DNA of 64,000 nt from contig OZ245002.1 of the NCBI GenBank assembly GCA_965223415.1, forward strand, positions 4,160,001 through 4,224,000, given 5' to 3'. Within the stretch, counting starts at the first letter, position 1; each line of letters begins with the position of its first letter. Origin of the DNA: Myxococcota bacterium (GTDB lineage: Bacteria > Myxococcota_A > UBA9160 > UBA6930). Of the stretch, positions 28,209-38,841 are shown piece by piece. The position numbers were made by a program, and so were the translations under genes. The notes beneath the pieces are model-generated. The model was not told the DNA's origin. It saw only the letters and a list, made by a program, of their open reading frames with translations, and searched no databases.

Positions 28209-28723
28209 CGACCGCCTCTCCCGTGCCGCGGCGGGACCGCTTCGTCGTGGGAACCGGGCGATGTGGTTCGACGCTGCTGTCGAAGATGCTGGCGCGCCAT
28301 CCGGACGTGCTGAGCCTCTTCGAGTTCTTCTCCGGCATCGACCAATTCTTCCGTTTCCGCATCGACCCGGTGCCCGGCACGGAGCTCGCGCGGCGTCTCG
28401 AAGAAGATCACCCGATGCTGACGATGGTCCTGCGGCGCGGCTACGAGGTCCCGGAGGTCGCGTATCCTTTCGGTGCCGCGCAAGCCCGCTTGACCCCGGA
28501 CGATCCGATTCCGTGGACGCTCGCGATCGCCATCGCCCGCGTGTCCGACGATCCCGACGCGCTGTTCGCCGAGATGATCGCCCGCGCGTGTCGAGGGACG
28601 TCATCTCTTGCGCGCTAAGAGGACGGCTAGTTTTGCGCACCCCCCTGGGTTGATGTTCGGTTCTTCCTTCTTCTCTTCCGCTCTCCGAAGGAGAGCACGG
28701 CCGTCAGGCCGCCCTCTGGGGCC

Positions 28724-29524
28724 TCAACGCTGGGCGCTTTGCCCCGCGGCCTGCTCGAGCTCGCGGAGCCGGTAGCTCCGCCCCGAGATGTTGAGCACCT
28801 GGCTGTGGTGGAGGAGGCGATCGAGGATGGCGGTGGCCAGCACCTCGTCGCCCGCCAGCACCTCGGGCCAGTCGGCGATGCCCTTGTTCGTGGTGATCAG
28901 GATCGAGCCCCTCCCATAGCGGTAGGAGACGAGCCGGAAGAAGAGGCTCGCCTCCTGGCGCGTCATGGGCTCGAAGCCGACCTCGTCGATGACGAGGAGC
29001 GCCACGTTCATGTGCTTGCGCCGCCGCAGCCGTTGCGGGCTGATCTCGGCGTCGCGCTTGAGGGCCGCCAGCAGGTCCTCGAGGCGATGGAAGGCCACGG
29101 AGAAGCCGTTCTCCACGGCCCGCACCCCCAGGGCCACCGCCAGGTGGGTCTTGCCCACTCCCGGCGGACCCTGGATCAGCAGACTCTCCTTGGCCCGGAT
29201 CCACGCGCAGGTGCCCAGCGTCTCGATCCGGCTCCGCTCCACACTCGGCTGGAAGGCGAAGTCGAAGTTGCCGAGGGTCTGCCCCGTGGGAAGGCCCGAG
29301 AGACGGAGCGAGGTCTTCATCCTCCGCTCCTCGCGGTGCTGCAGCTCGGCCTCGAGCAGCAGGTCGAGGAAGCGGTGGGGCACGAGGTCGTCCTTGGTCG
29401 CTCGGGCCAGCTCCTCGCCGATGTGCTCGGCCGCGTGATGGAGGCCGAGGCGCACGAGCCGCTCGCGGGTCGGGTCGAGATCCACCTTGCCGCCCTTCTT
29501 GGGCACCGGGTTTCCCGCCGTCAT
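28724..29524 (-). CDS. istB: IS21 helper AAA+ ATPase
   Basis: GPPGVGKTHLA, LLVIDEVG, ITTNK, AILDRLLHH, G.SYR. Confidence 0.95.
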   Translation of the reverse strand: MTAGNPVPKKGGKVDLDPTRERLVRLGLHHAAEHIGEELARATKDDLVPHRFLDLLLEAELQHREERRMKTSLRLSGLPTGQTLGNFDFAFQPSVERSRIETLGTCAWIRAKESLLIQGPPGVGKTHLAVALGVRAVENGFSVAFHRLEDLLAALKRDAEISPQRLRRRKHMNVALLVIDEVGFEPMTRQEASLFFRLVSYRYGRGSILITTNKGIADWPEVLAGDEVLATAILDRLLHHSQVLNISGRSYRLRELEQAAGQSAQR

Positions 29525-30807
29525 CGCGCCACCTCCGCCAGATCGGCATAGAGGTCGATCGGCCGCTGCTCCGGCTCCATCGCCCACAGCTCCTGGAGGC
29601 GTCGACCCATGCGCCCGAGCGGTACGGGCGCCTCCACCCCCTCCGTGCTCGGCCCCTCGTAGTGGCTCGGGTCCAGCAGCAGGCGGCTTCGCGTGTGGCG
29701 CGGGTGCGCGGCCACCACCGAGCCCTCGGCCCAGACCTGCACCTGCCGGGCGCAGCCGCGCACCTCGACGCTCTGCTCGACGAAGCGGAAGGGGACGCTG
29801 TAGGTACGCCCCTCGAAGCGCACCGTGGCGTCGCGCCCGACACGTCGCATCACGGCCAGGTCGAAGGGCTCGGGAAGCCGCTCGGGCAGGGCCCCGAGAT
29901 GGGGCTTCTCCGCCTCCCACGCCTGGAAGACCGTCGTGCCCGTCGCCGGGCACTGCCGCCGGTGGCTCGAGCGCGCCACCTGGCCGTCCGTCCACGCTTG
30001 CAGCGACTCCAGGCTCTCGTGCTCCCGCCGACGCGGATCGAAGCCCCGCCGGTGCCCCAGGATCCGACGCTCCACCTTCCCCTTCTCCTGCGGCTGGCGG
30101 GGACGGGTGGCGTCCACGTGGAAGCGAAGGGCCCCGGCATAGCTCGCGTAAGCCGGGTTCACCGTCCCCCATGGCCCCGCCCCCTTCGCCACCGCTGTCT
30201 TCACGTTGTCGACCCGCAGCACCGCCGGCACCCCGCCCAGCCGCTCGAAGGCCCGGTTGTGCACGTCCAGCCACGCCAGCGTGTCCGCCCGCTCCGACCA
30301 CACCACCGCTTCTCGCCGCGAGTGCGAGAGCACCAGGTGGAAGGCATGCAGGTCCACCTCCTGGCCCCCGATCCGCACGCCCGGAAACTCGCCCCAGTCC
30401 ACCTGACCCTGCGCCCCGGGCGGTGTCTCCACCCGACGCCGGCTCCGCACCTTCGGTCTCGGGAACCGGGCCCGCACGTACCGCTGCACGCTCTTGGAGC
30501 TCCCCGTGTACCCGTGCTCCTCCACCAGGAACTCGTGAAGCTCCTGCAGGTTCACGCCACGGCCTCCCGAGCTCGCCTCCAGCCACTCCGCGATCACCTC
30601 GTGGACCGCCTCGGCCAGGAAGGGCTTCCCGCTCCGGCCGTCTCGCGCCCCCTCCGCCAGCCGCTTCAGCCGGTAGCGCACCGCGCTCTCCCGGATCCCC
30701 AGCTGGCGGGCGATCTCCCGGTTCGAGCACCCCCGCTCGTGCAGCACTTCGATCGTCATCACTTCCTCCTGCCTCAGTCGCCGCTGCCCCACGCCCCCCT
30801 CCCTCAC
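29521..30807 (-). CDS. istA: IS21 DDE transposase (start approximate)
   Basis: N-terminal HTH, ETPPGAQGQVDWG, GGVP...VDNVK, PQEKGKVER. Confidence 0.93.
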   Translation of the reverse strand: MREGGVGQRRLRQEEVMTIEVLHERGCSNREIARQLGIRESAVRYRLKRLAEGARDGRSGKPFLAEAVHEVIAEWLEASSGGRGVNLQELHEFLVEEHGYTGSSKSVQRYVRARFPRPKVRSRRRVETPPGAQGQVDWGEFPGVRIGGQEVDLHAFHLVLSHSRREAVVWSERADTLAWLDVHNRAFERLGGVPAVLRVDNVKTAVAKGAGPWGTVNPAYASYAGALRFHVDATRPRQPQEKGKVERRILGHRRGFDPRRREHESLESLQAWTDGQVARSSHRRQCPATGTTVFQAWEAEKPHLGALPERLPEPFDLAVMRRVGRDATVRFEGRTYSVPFRFVEQSVEVRGCARQVQVWAEGSVVAAHPRHTRSRLLLDPSHYEGPSTEGVEAPVPLGRMGRRLQELWAMEPEQRPIDLYADLAEVAR

Positions 30808-31840
30808 GGGGAACGTGCCGCGCAGCGGCTCAACAGGAGGTGCGCAAATCTACGTGTCCTCTTAGCCCTCGAATATCACGTCCTGCGACACGCGCGAGTG
30901 GGCAGGCTGTGCAGCCCCTCGCGATGCACTACCGGGAGCTGCTCGACTGGCTCACCGAGCGCACGGGCAAGCGACTCTGGATCGAGCGCTCCGGAACGTC
31001 GATGGACTTCGCTGCCGAGCTCAAGGCCTTCTTCCCGGGCGCGCGCTTCGTGCACATCTACCGCGATCCCCAGGAGACCGCGCTGTCGATGCGAGAGTAC
31101 TCCGTGCTGCGCCTCGCCGTACCGGTCATGAACGGTCTGCTCGGGCCCGTTGAGTACTCGCACGACGGCCTCGTACGCTTTGAACAGGAGAACGCAGGGG
31201 CGATCAGTGAGACGCTGGCGTCCCGGCCGCCGGTCGAGCTCTACGGCGCCTATTGGAGTGACCAGGTCGTCCGCGGTATGGATGTGCTCGGCCAACTCGA
31301 TCCGAACGACGTGATGGCGCTGCGCTTCGAGGACCTCGTGGTCGCGCCCCGCCCGATCCTCGTGCGAATGGCCGACTTCTTCGAGCTGCCCACCGCGGAC
31401 CGCGACTGGGTCGAGGAGGCCTGCCGCCTCGTAAAGGGCGTTCCGCCCACGCGCTTCGACAGCTTGCCGGCGCCCGAGCAGGCTCGGCTCGCGGACGCGT
31501 GTGCGCCGGGCGTGGCCAGGCTCGAGGAAGCCGGCTTGCGAGAGCCCTCCTAGACGCTTCTGCGACGACCCAACCGAAGACGACGCACGTCGGCACGATC
31601 TTCTGACGCCATGCGGACCCGGGTTCGATTCCCGCCGCCTCCACCGACTTTCAAGTAGTCTGAGTTACTTGCGTACGAAATCGCCGCTCTTCGGAGACCC
31701 GCATCGGCCACTTCGAACCCGAGTGGATTCGAGGTGTTGCGCGTCTCACTTCTGACCATAGGGCGCCGGTATACGACCCGGCACACTGGCCGCCGAGGCG
31801 CTTCACGGATCGGCGATTCCGCGAGCAAGGAGGCAACGAC

Positions 31841-32623
31841 ATGGGACAGCGACTCGAGAACGCGAAGAACCTCTACCTGGAGGCGATTCGCGACGGAAAC
31901 GCGGCCGACGCCATCAACAAGTACTCGGGCGAGCGCTACACGCAGCATTCGACGCCGGTAAGGGACGGTCGAGAGGGATTCATCGAGTTCTTCCTGGATT
32001 TTCATCGCCGGAACCCTGTTCGGGAGATCGAGATCGTCCGCGGCTTCGAGGACGGCCCGTTCGTCTTTCTGCACGTCGTCCAGAACCTGAACAACGGCGA
32101 GTTCCGATACGTGACTGCCGACATCTTCGAAACGGACGCCGATGCGAAGATGGTGGAGCACTGGGACATCATCGCCGAGATGGCGGATGAGACGGTCTCC
32201 GGGCACACCCAAGTCGACGGCCCGACGGAGCCGGCGGACCTCGACAAGACGAACGCGAACAAGGCCCACGTCATCCGCTTCCTGAACGACGTTCTCAAGA
32301 ACGGAGAGTACGACAAGCTCACTGACTACATCTCTCCGACGAGCTACACGCAGCACAACCCGGAGATCGGCGACGGGCTCGAGGGGCTCGGCGGGTTCGT
32401 CGAAGCGCTGGCAGAAGAGGGCTCTTCCATGGTCTACGAAGAGATCCACCGGGTCATCGGCTGCGGAAGCTTCGTTGCGGCGCTTTCGAAGATGAGGCTC
32501 GGGGGAGCCGAGATGGCGGTGATCGATCTCTTCCGAGTCGAAGATGGTCTCATCGTCGAGCACTGGGATGTGATGGAAGAGATTTCTCCGAGAGAGGATT
32601 GGGTCAACAGTGGGAAGTTCTGA
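31841..32623 (+). CDS. Tandem SnoaL/NTF2-like domain protein
   Basis: Two repeats of YTQH...DG.EG and EHWD. Confidence 0.85.
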   Translation: MGQRLENAKNLYLEAIRDGNAADAINKYSGERYTQHSTPVRDGREGFIEFFLDFHRRNPVREIEIVRGFEDGPFVFLHVVQNLNNGEFRYVTADIFETDADAKMVEHWDIIAEMADETVSGHTQVDGPTEPADLDKTNANKAHVIRFLNDVLKNGEYDKLTDYISPTSYTQHNPEIGDGLEGLGGFVEALAEEGSSMVYEEIHRVIGCGSFVAALSKMRLGGAEMAVIDLFRVEDGLIVEHWDVMEEISPREDWVNSGKF

Positions 32624-32637
32624 ACGGGGGCACCTAG

Positions 32638-34162
32638 CCCTGATCCGGCATTGCGAGGTGTAGGGAAAGCCCGGAATTGAAAGTGGCTCCGTCGGTGTGC
32701 TTGATGGAAGTGCCAACCACCATCATGCCTCCGAGGAGCCACATTCGTGAAGCTAAGCAGACACCGGATTCGAGCCCGCGTCAAGGGCGAATTGTCGATC
32801 GCCTTCACGGATGAGGCGCTGACGAGCTACGGCGGGCTGGAGCTGTTCCGGCGCTTCTTCGACCGCTTTTGGGCAGAGCGCCTGAAAGCGGCCTTTGCGG
32901 ATCGGGCGTTCGACTCGGACTACGGATCCTTCCGCTGCATGCTGGTGGTGGTGGGGATGCTGCTGCTGGGAGGGAGCCGTCTCTCGCATGTCCGGGTGCT
33001 CGATCGGGATCCGTTGTTTCGGCGGTTCGTCCGATTGCAGCGGCTTCCGGACGAGCGGACCCTGGCGAGGAACCTGAAGGAGCTGACGTCGGGCTACCGC
33101 GATCGTCTGAACGAACTGCTGCGGGACATGGCCTATGGAACCCACACAGGGCTCGGCTTGGAGCGGGCCACGATCGAGCTGGACGGCACCGTGCTTCGGA
33201 CGGGCGAGTACGTGGACGGCGCCGAGCGCGGCTTCAACCCACATCACCCGAAGGACCCGTCCTACTACCCGCTGACGGCGCACCTGGCGCAGACGAGCCA
33301 GCTGCTCGGCGTATGGAACCGGCCGGGCAATGTGAACGATGCGGTGGGCGCTGCGGAGAAGCTGGCCTTTCTCCTGGGCGACGCGAAGCGGCGCCTCGAT
33401 CGGGTCCCGATCGAGGTGCGGCTCGATGGCGCCTTCTTCCAGAAGGCCGTTCTCGAGGTTCTCACGGCCTCTCGCGTGGAGTACGCCCTCAAGGTCCCCA
33501 TGTGGCGCTGGCTCGGCGTGCGTGAGAAGATCGCCGCCCGGAAGCGTTGGCACCGCGTCAACGCGAGCGTCGACGCCTTCTCCGTCGTCCACCGGATCCC
33601 ACAGTGGAAGCGCTGCGAGCGGATCGTGGTGTTCCGCAAGAAGGTCTCCGGGCGAAGCGCGAAGAACTTCCAGCTCGACCTCTTCACCCCGGACGATGGC
33701 CACTACGAGTACTCGATGGTCGCGACGAACAAGCGGACCAGCGAGGCCGCCGTCTGGGCCTTCATGGCCGGACGCGGCGGCCACGAGAAGACGCTGGCCG
33801 AGCTCAAACAGCACCTGGCGTTCGCCACCATCCCGACCCAGGACTGGGACGCCAACAGCAACTGGCAGCTGCTCAGTGCCCTGACCCACAACCTGGTGCG
33901 GGACTTCCAAGCCACGCTTGGCCTGCCAGAGCGACCCAACGGCCGAAAGCGGACCGCCCGGCTCCGCTTCCCCTCGCTCCGCACGCTCCGCTTCGAGCTG
34001 ATCCAGCTCCCTGGCCGCATCGCTCGGCCTGCCGGACGCGCTTCGCTCCGAATCGCCGCGTCCTCGCGCAGCCGCTCCACCATCCGGGCCGCCGAGACCG
34101 CGCTCGCCGCGTGAGCCCGCCAGACCTACGCTCGGATCCGTGATCTCAATGCCGGATCAGGG
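32638..34162 (+). mobile_element. IS1380-family element (1525 bp)
   Basis: 16-bp perfect TIR ccctgatccggcattg / caatgccggatcaggg; 4-bp TSD ctag (32634-32637, 34163-34166). Confidence 0.9.
32747..34114 (+). CDS. IS1380-family DDE transposase
   Basis: LTSYGGL, IELDGT, YYPL, RPGN, VRLDGAF, RGGHEKTLAELK. Confidence 0.88.
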   Translation: MKLSRHRIRARVKGELSIAFTDEALTSYGGLELFRRFFDRFWAERLKAAFADRAFDSDYGSFRCMLVVVGMLLLGGSRLSHVRVLDRDPLFRRFVRLQRLPDERTLARNLKELTSGYRDRLNELLRDMAYGTHTGLGLERATIELDGTVLRTGEYVDGAERGFNPHHPKDPSYYPLTAHLAQTSQLLGVWNRPGNVNDAVGAAEKLAFLLGDAKRRLDRVPIEVRLDGAFFQKAVLEVLTASRVEYALKVPMWRWLGVREKIAARKRWHRVNASVDAFSVVHRIPQWKRCERIVVFRKKVSGRSAKNFQLDLFTPDDGHYEYSMVATNKRTSEAAVWAFMAGRGGHEKTLAELKQHLAFATIPTQDWDANSNWQLLSALTHNLVRDFQATLGLPERPNGRKRTARLRFPSLRTLRFELIQLPGRIARPAGRASLRIAASSRSRSTIRAAETALAA

Positions 34163-34649
34163 CTAGGAACACCGGCATGAGCGAGACAGGTCTACCGAGC
34201 TGGAAGGCGACCGTCGCTGCGGCCATCGAAGTCGCGACGTCCGACCTGAAGCCGGCCGTCTCCATCAATGAGCTCCGCCCGCTGGACGAAGCAGTGGGGC
34301 TGCAGCACGTAGGGAAGCAGCCGGGCTTCGGCTCGCGGGAGTCTGCTGCAAGCAGCGGCGGCGCTCCCTGACGATGAACGGCTACGAGGCCAACGGATTC
34401 ACTCCCGCGGCCAGTGCCAGGTTCAGGGATCGCATCAGAGAAGGGGGTACGCGCCCCGCGAGAGTTCCTTGAGCATCTGCGCTCGCGGCCGCGACGTCGC
34501 TGCCCGACGTACCCCCCGTGGCTAGAGGCGTGGCGGAGCGAGGCTCCGGCGAGCTCAAGTGCCTGATGTTGCGGCGCAAACTCGAATCCACAGCGTGTTC
34601 GGTTCGCGCTGGATCGGAATCTGTCCGGGTAGCGAGGCCCTGCGGTAGC

Positions 34650-35063
34650 ATGAGGTCCATGTGCCGAACGAGGATCCCCATCCTGGGACTCTGCGTCCTC
34701 ACCGTCGCCCAGATGGGCTGCATGACGGCCATCGCGGCCTTCCAGCCCGAGATCGATGGGTCGACGATCGTCATCACGACCACCGATGCGGACGGGACCT
34801 CGCGCGAGCGGGTGCTGTCGCCCATCGACGACGACGGGCGGCTCTTCGTCGCCGCGAACCACTGGCCGCGCGCGTGGTACCGGCGCGCGCTCGCCGATCC
34901 GGAGGTGAGCGTTACCCGCGACGGCCAGACCACCGACTACCTCGCGGTCCCCGTCAGCGAGGAGGAGCGCGAGCGGCTCCTCGACGATTCCGGGTTCCCG
35001 CGGGTCGGCTACCTGTTCACCGGCTTTGCACCGAGGCAGTTCCTCCGGCTGGATCCGCGCTAG
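34650..35063 (+). CDS. Small exported protein, DUF2255/deazaflavin-nitroreductase-like fold
   Basis: Hydrophobic N-terminus; W.R...A.P.V and C-terminal FLRLDPR. Confidence 0.55.
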   Translation: MRSMCRTRIPILGLCVLTVAQMGCMTAIAAFQPEIDGSTIVITTTDADGTSRERVLSPIDDDGRLFVAANHWPRAWYRRALADPEVSVTRDGQTTDYLAVPVSEEERERLLDDSGFPRVGYLFTGFAPRQFLRLDPR

Positions 35064-35198
35064 GGCCCCCGAGCCAGAGGCTCAACGTCGGGATTCGTCG
35101 AGTCCGAGCGCCCCCTTCCGCGCCCGCGCCAACGCTCTTTCCGACCCGGCTGCGCTAGAGCTCCCGGGTCTGCGAAGCGGCGCTTCGTTCGCCGAGCG

Positions 35199-35639
35199 TC
35201 AGCTCGGCGCGGCGGGGATCACCAGTACGGGCCGGTCGGACCGGTGTACCAGCTTGTTGGTCAGGGAACCCATCCCGAGACGGCCGGCGGCCCCGTGGCC
35301 CCGGCTGCCCACCACGATGACGGCGGCTTCCACCTCGTCGGCGTGGTCAAGGAGCGCCTGGCAGACGTCGCCGGCGCAGACGTGGGCCCGGGCCGGCACC
35401 TCCGCCTCGGCCAGGAGCAGCTCGAGGGCGCGGCGCGATTCCTCCGCCTGCTCTTCCTGGAGGCGCTCCACGGCGGCGCGGCTCCCCTTCGAGCTTCCGA
35501 ACAGGGGCCGGAGCTCCGGCCTCACGTGGACCAGCTCGACGCGGCCGCTCAAGTCCTCGGCCAGGCGGAACGCCGCGCGAGCCGCGGCCTCCGCATGGGT
35601 CGAGAAGTCCGTCGCCACCAGGATGACGCTGTCCTGCAT
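35199..35639 (-). CDS. Universal stress protein
   Basis: ILVATDFS, IVVGSRG..., MGS....LV...RPVLVI. Confidence 0.9.
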   Translation of the reverse strand: MQDSVILVATDFSTHAEAAARAAFRLAEDLSGRVELVHVRPELRPLFGSSKGSRAAVERLQEEQAEESRRALELLLAEAEVPARAHVCAGDVCQALLDHADEVEAAVIVVGSRGHGAAGRLGMGSLTNKLVHRSDRPVLVIPAAPS

Positions 35640-35690
35640 GGTCGGGGAGACTAGCGGTCGTCGCCCCGGTCCAGAAGTTCGGGAGCCGGC

Positions 35691-37277
35691 GTGCGGCGCT
35701 ATGGTGGTTGGCCGAAGCTCAGCGAGCTCCTGAGGGAGAAGGGGGGCCGCAGCATCTCGCCGGGAGCGCCCGTCTCGGGGTCCGCAAACCCGCAGCTCCG
35801 GCTCGTCCTCGGGCGAGCCGTGGCCTTCCTCGGCTTGCTGCTTCTGGCCGGAGCCGCAGGGGCCGCCGGCGCGGAGGGCGAGGCCCACGGCGCAGCGAAC
35901 CACTCGGATCCCTTCGCCTTCGTCGTCCTCGGCCTGGCCGCCGTGATCACGGTCGCCATGATCGGGCGCTGGCTTGCCGGCCGATTCCGCCAACCCCCGG
36001 TGCTCGGGGAGCTGCTGATCGGCCTCGTCGTCGGCAACCTCGGCTACTGGCTCGGGCAGCCGATGTTCGCGCTGATCATGCACCTCGGCGACGCCCGCCC
36101 CGTCTTCAGGGAAGTCTTCCTCTCGGGCGAGGCCATCGCCGACGCGGCCGCGCGGGTACTGGGGCCCGAGAGCCTCGAAGACGGCGGACTCGCCGACGTG
36201 CTCCTCCCCCTCGTCACCGGTTCGGAGGGGCTGCCCCTGGTCTATGCGGGCTTCGCGCTGTCGCTCTTCTCGACGCTCGGGGTGCTGATCCTGGCCTTCA
36301 TGGTGGGGCTCCAATCCAGCGTCAGCGAGATGCGCGAGGTCGGTCGCCAGGCGAGCCTGGTGGCGATCGTCGGGGTGCTGGCGCCCTTCGTCCTCGGCCT
36401 CGGGGTCGCTCTCTGGCAGCTGCCCGAGGAGGGCATGCCCGCCCAGCTGTTCGTGGCCGCCACCCTGTGCGCCACCAGCGTCGGCATCACAGCGCGGGTG
36501 TTCATGGACCTCGACCGGATGCGGACCCCCGAGGCCCGCGTGATCCTCGGCGCCGCGGTGATCGACGACGTCCTGGGGCTCCTGCTGCTGGCCGTCGTGG
36601 CGGGCATCGCCGTCACGGGATACGCGGATCCCGTCGAGATGGCCCGGATCTCGGTGCTCGCGCTGCTCTTCCTGGGGACGGTGTTCTTCCTGGGCGAGCG
36701 CATCGCCCGAGGTGCCGCCTGGGTCTTCGAGCACCTGGACCGGCAGCAGGGGAAGCTCCTGTTCCCCCTTGCCCTCGCGTTCTTCCTGGCCTGGCTCGCG
36801 AATTCGATCCAGCTGGCCGCGATCGTGGGGGCCTTCGCGGCGGGGCTGATCGTCAGCGACGAGTACTTCGCCGAGGAGCCGAACGGGTGGAGGGTCGAGG
36901 ACCTGGTGCACCCCTTGGAGGCGATCTTCGCGCCGGTCTTCTTCGTCCTCATGGGGATGCAGGTGAATCTGGCTACGTTCTCCGAGCCCTCCACGCTGGC
37001 GATGGCGAGCGCCTTCACCGCGGCAGCCATCGTCGGCAAGCTGGCGGCGGGGGCACCGGCGGGCCGCGGCGTGGACCGGCTTTCGGTGGGATTGGGGATG
37101 ATCCCACGCGGCGAAGTTGGCCTCATCTTCGCGAGCATCGGCAAGGGGATCGGCGTCGTGAGCGACGCCGTCTTCTCGGCGATCGTGATCATGGTGATGG
37201 TGACCACCTTCCTCACGCCCGTCGCCCTGCGCTGGTCGATGGCCCGCGCGGAAGTGGCGCCCGCCGGCGCCGACTAG
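35691..37277 (+). CDS. Cation:proton antiporter (CPA2/NapA-like; true start may be later)
   Basis: QPPVLGELLIG, ATSVGITARV, GAAVIDDVLGL, GMIPRGEVGLIFA. Confidence 0.9.
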   Translation: MRRYGGWPKLSELLREKGGRSISPGAPVSGSANPQLRLVLGRAVAFLGLLLLAGAAGAAGAEGEAHGAANHSDPFAFVVLGLAAVITVAMIGRWLAGRFRQPPVLGELLIGLVVGNLGYWLGQPMFALIMHLGDARPVFREVFLSGEAIADAAARVLGPESLEDGGLADVLLPLVTGSEGLPLVYAGFALSLFSTLGVLILAFMVGLQSSVSEMREVGRQASLVAIVGVLAPFVLGLGVALWQLPEEGMPAQLFVAATLCATSVGITARVFMDLDRMRTPEARVILGAAVIDDVLGLLLLAVVAGIAVTGYADPVEMARISVLALLFLGTVFFLGERIARGAAWVFEHLDRQQGKLLFPLALAFFLAWLANSIQLAAIVGAFAAGLIVSDEYFAEEPNGWRVEDLVHPLEAIFAPVFFVLMGMQVNLATFSEPSTLAMASAFTAAAIVGKLAAGAPAGRGVDRLSVGLGMIPRGEVGLIFASIGKGIGVVSDAVFSAIVIMVMVTTFLTPVALRWSMARAEVAPAGAD

Positions 37278-37481
37278 AAGATCGCGAGCACCACCGCGTC
37301 CTCGGGGACCAGGACCTGCGCGCCCAGCGGAGGACGACGGTCTCGATCGGGCCGGCGGGATCCGAGAACTTCCGGATCAGGCTCGGGCCGACCCCGTCCC
37401 CGCGGTGGGCCGAGACGAGCACGGCGGCGCTGCTGCGGCTTCCTCGGTCGCCCGCGCCATTCGGCCTGCTATGGATGGGAG

Positions 37482-38369
37482 ATGCCCTGGTTCAGCTACC
37501 ACGGAGGCCATTCGGGAGAGTTCTGCCGGCACGCCAAGGGCCGCCTCGAAGACGTGGTGGAGCGGGCCTGGCAGGCGGGCTTCACCCACTACGGCCTCAG
37601 CGAGCACTGTCCGCGGATCCGCACCGAAGACCTCTTCGACGACGAAGTCGATCTGGGCGTCGAGGGGCTCGAGCGGCTGTTTCGCGCCTACCGGATCGAG
37701 GCCCGAAGGCTGCAGGAGGCCTTCGGGGATCGGCTCGAGATCCTGGTCGGCTTCGAGACCGAGCGGCTCCCGCCCGACGGATGGGCCGGCACGATGAAGG
37801 GCCTACGCCACGACGTCGAGCCCGACTTCGTCATCGGCAGCGTCCACCACGTGGACGGCCGGTGCATCGACGAGTCGCGCGAGCGGACGGACGCGATCGC
37901 GCGAGCGCTCGGCGGCAGGACCGAGCTCCAGCGAGCCTACTTCGAGGACCTGGCGGAGCTCGTGACGACCCTTCGCCCCGAGGTGGTCGGCCACTTCGAC
38001 CTGGTCCGCAAGTTCGACGGGGAAGCGGCGGGCTTCGGCGACGACGTCTGGCCGGCGATCGCGCGCGCCCTCGAAGCCGTGCGCGAGACCGGCTCCGTTC
38101 TCGACGTGAACGCCGGCGCCCATCGCCGGGGGCTCTCGCCGGTCTACCCGCTGCCCGTGATCCTCGAGCGGGCCCGGGCCCTGGGGATCGGCGTCACCCT
38201 GGGCGACGACAGCCACGGCGCCCACGACGTGGGTGTCGGGCTCGACGCCTGTCTCGCCGCGATCGCCGCGGCCGGCTACACCGAGGTCGCGTACTTCGGC
38301 CGGGAGGGCGGGGGGCTCATCCGGCGCCACGCTCCTCTGGACGAGGTCGAGCCCCGCCCGCGCGCCTAG
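37482..38369 (+). CDS. PHP-family histidinol-phosphatase (HisJ-like)
   Basis: SYHGGHS..FC.HA, SEH, GSVHH, GHFDL, GDDSHG. Confidence 0.85.
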   Translation: MPWFSYHGGHSGEFCRHAKGRLEDVVERAWQAGFTHYGLSEHCPRIRTEDLFDDEVDLGVEGLERLFRAYRIEARRLQEAFGDRLEILVGFETERLPPDGWAGTMKGLRHDVEPDFVIGSVHHVDGRCIDESRERTDAIARALGGRTELQRAYFEDLAELVTTLRPEVVGHFDLVRKFDGEAAGFGDDVWPAIARALEAVRETGSVLDVNAGAHRRGLSPVYPLPVILERARALGIGVTLGDDSHGAHDVGVGLDACLAAIAAAGYTEVAYFGREGGGLIRRHAPLDEVEPRPRA

Positions 38370-38794
38370 GGGTGCATGTCCTCCCGCGCGACGTCCTTGA
38401 CGTGCGTCGCGAAGAACCACAGATGTCCCTCGGGATCCATGGCGCCGTAGCGACGATCCCCGTAGAACTGGTCCGCCGGAGGCTCGACGATCTCGGCACC
38501 GGCGGCCTTGGCCTTCGCGAAGTGCGCGTCGACGTCGTCCACATAGACGTAGATGTTGGCGGAGCCGGCGCCGGACTTCCTCGGGTTCTTGTAGTCGGGA
38601 CCCGGGTGCCCCATCATGATGCGCCCCTCGGCCAGGGTCATCTCCGCATGGGCGACCCCGCCGTCCGGCATCTCGATGCGCATGGCCTCGTCGAATCCGA
38701 ACGCCTCTCCGAGCCACGACAAGGCGGCGGCCACGTCTTCGTAGAGCAGGTAGGCACAGATGCGGGGCGTGTCTTCGGGCGGGTTCGCGGGCAT
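38366..38794 (-). CDS. VOC/glyoxalase family protein
   Basis: YLLYED, AFG, HAEM, VDDVDA, DQFYGDR, DPEGHLW. Confidence 0.9.
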   Translation of the reverse strand: MPANPPEDTPRICAYLLYEDVAAALSWLGEAFGFDEAMRIEMPDGGVAHAEMTLAEGRIMMGHPGPDYKNPRKSGAGSANIYVYVDDVDAHFAKAKAAGAEIVEPPADQFYGDRRYGAMDPEGHLWFFATHVKDVAREDMHP

Positions 38795-38841
38795 GGGGTC
38801 CTCCTGGATCGGGTGCTGGGAGGATTCCATCGATCGATCGA

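Larger units (their letters stand above)
28589..30890 (-). mobile_element. IS21-family element (2302 bp)
   Basis: TG...CA ends, imperfect IRs tgtcgagggacgtcat / tgtcgcaggacgtgat, 6-bp TSD cgcgcg (28583-28588, 30891-30896), istAB. Confidence 0.93.
28205..31553 (+). pseudogene. Sulfotransferase interrupted by IS21 (parts 28205-28588 and 30897-31553)
   Basis: GTGRCGSTLL PAPS motif; after the IS: WIERSG, FVHIYRDP..TALS, LRFEDLV; halves rejoin in frame (MIARA-SGQAV). Confidence 0.88.
26030..31645. mobile_element. Second tandem island (no integrase of its own) ending in a diverged ssrA 3' fragment
   Basis: 31579-31645 aligns without gaps to ssrA 19044-19110 (55/67 identical, last 26 bp exact). 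Confidence 0.7.

Noticed and set aside
34170..34640. Short ORFs and a gggggtacg/cgtaccccc inverted repeat after IS1380
   Set aside because: No recognisable motifs; a 9-bp IR in GC-rich DNA is weak evidence.
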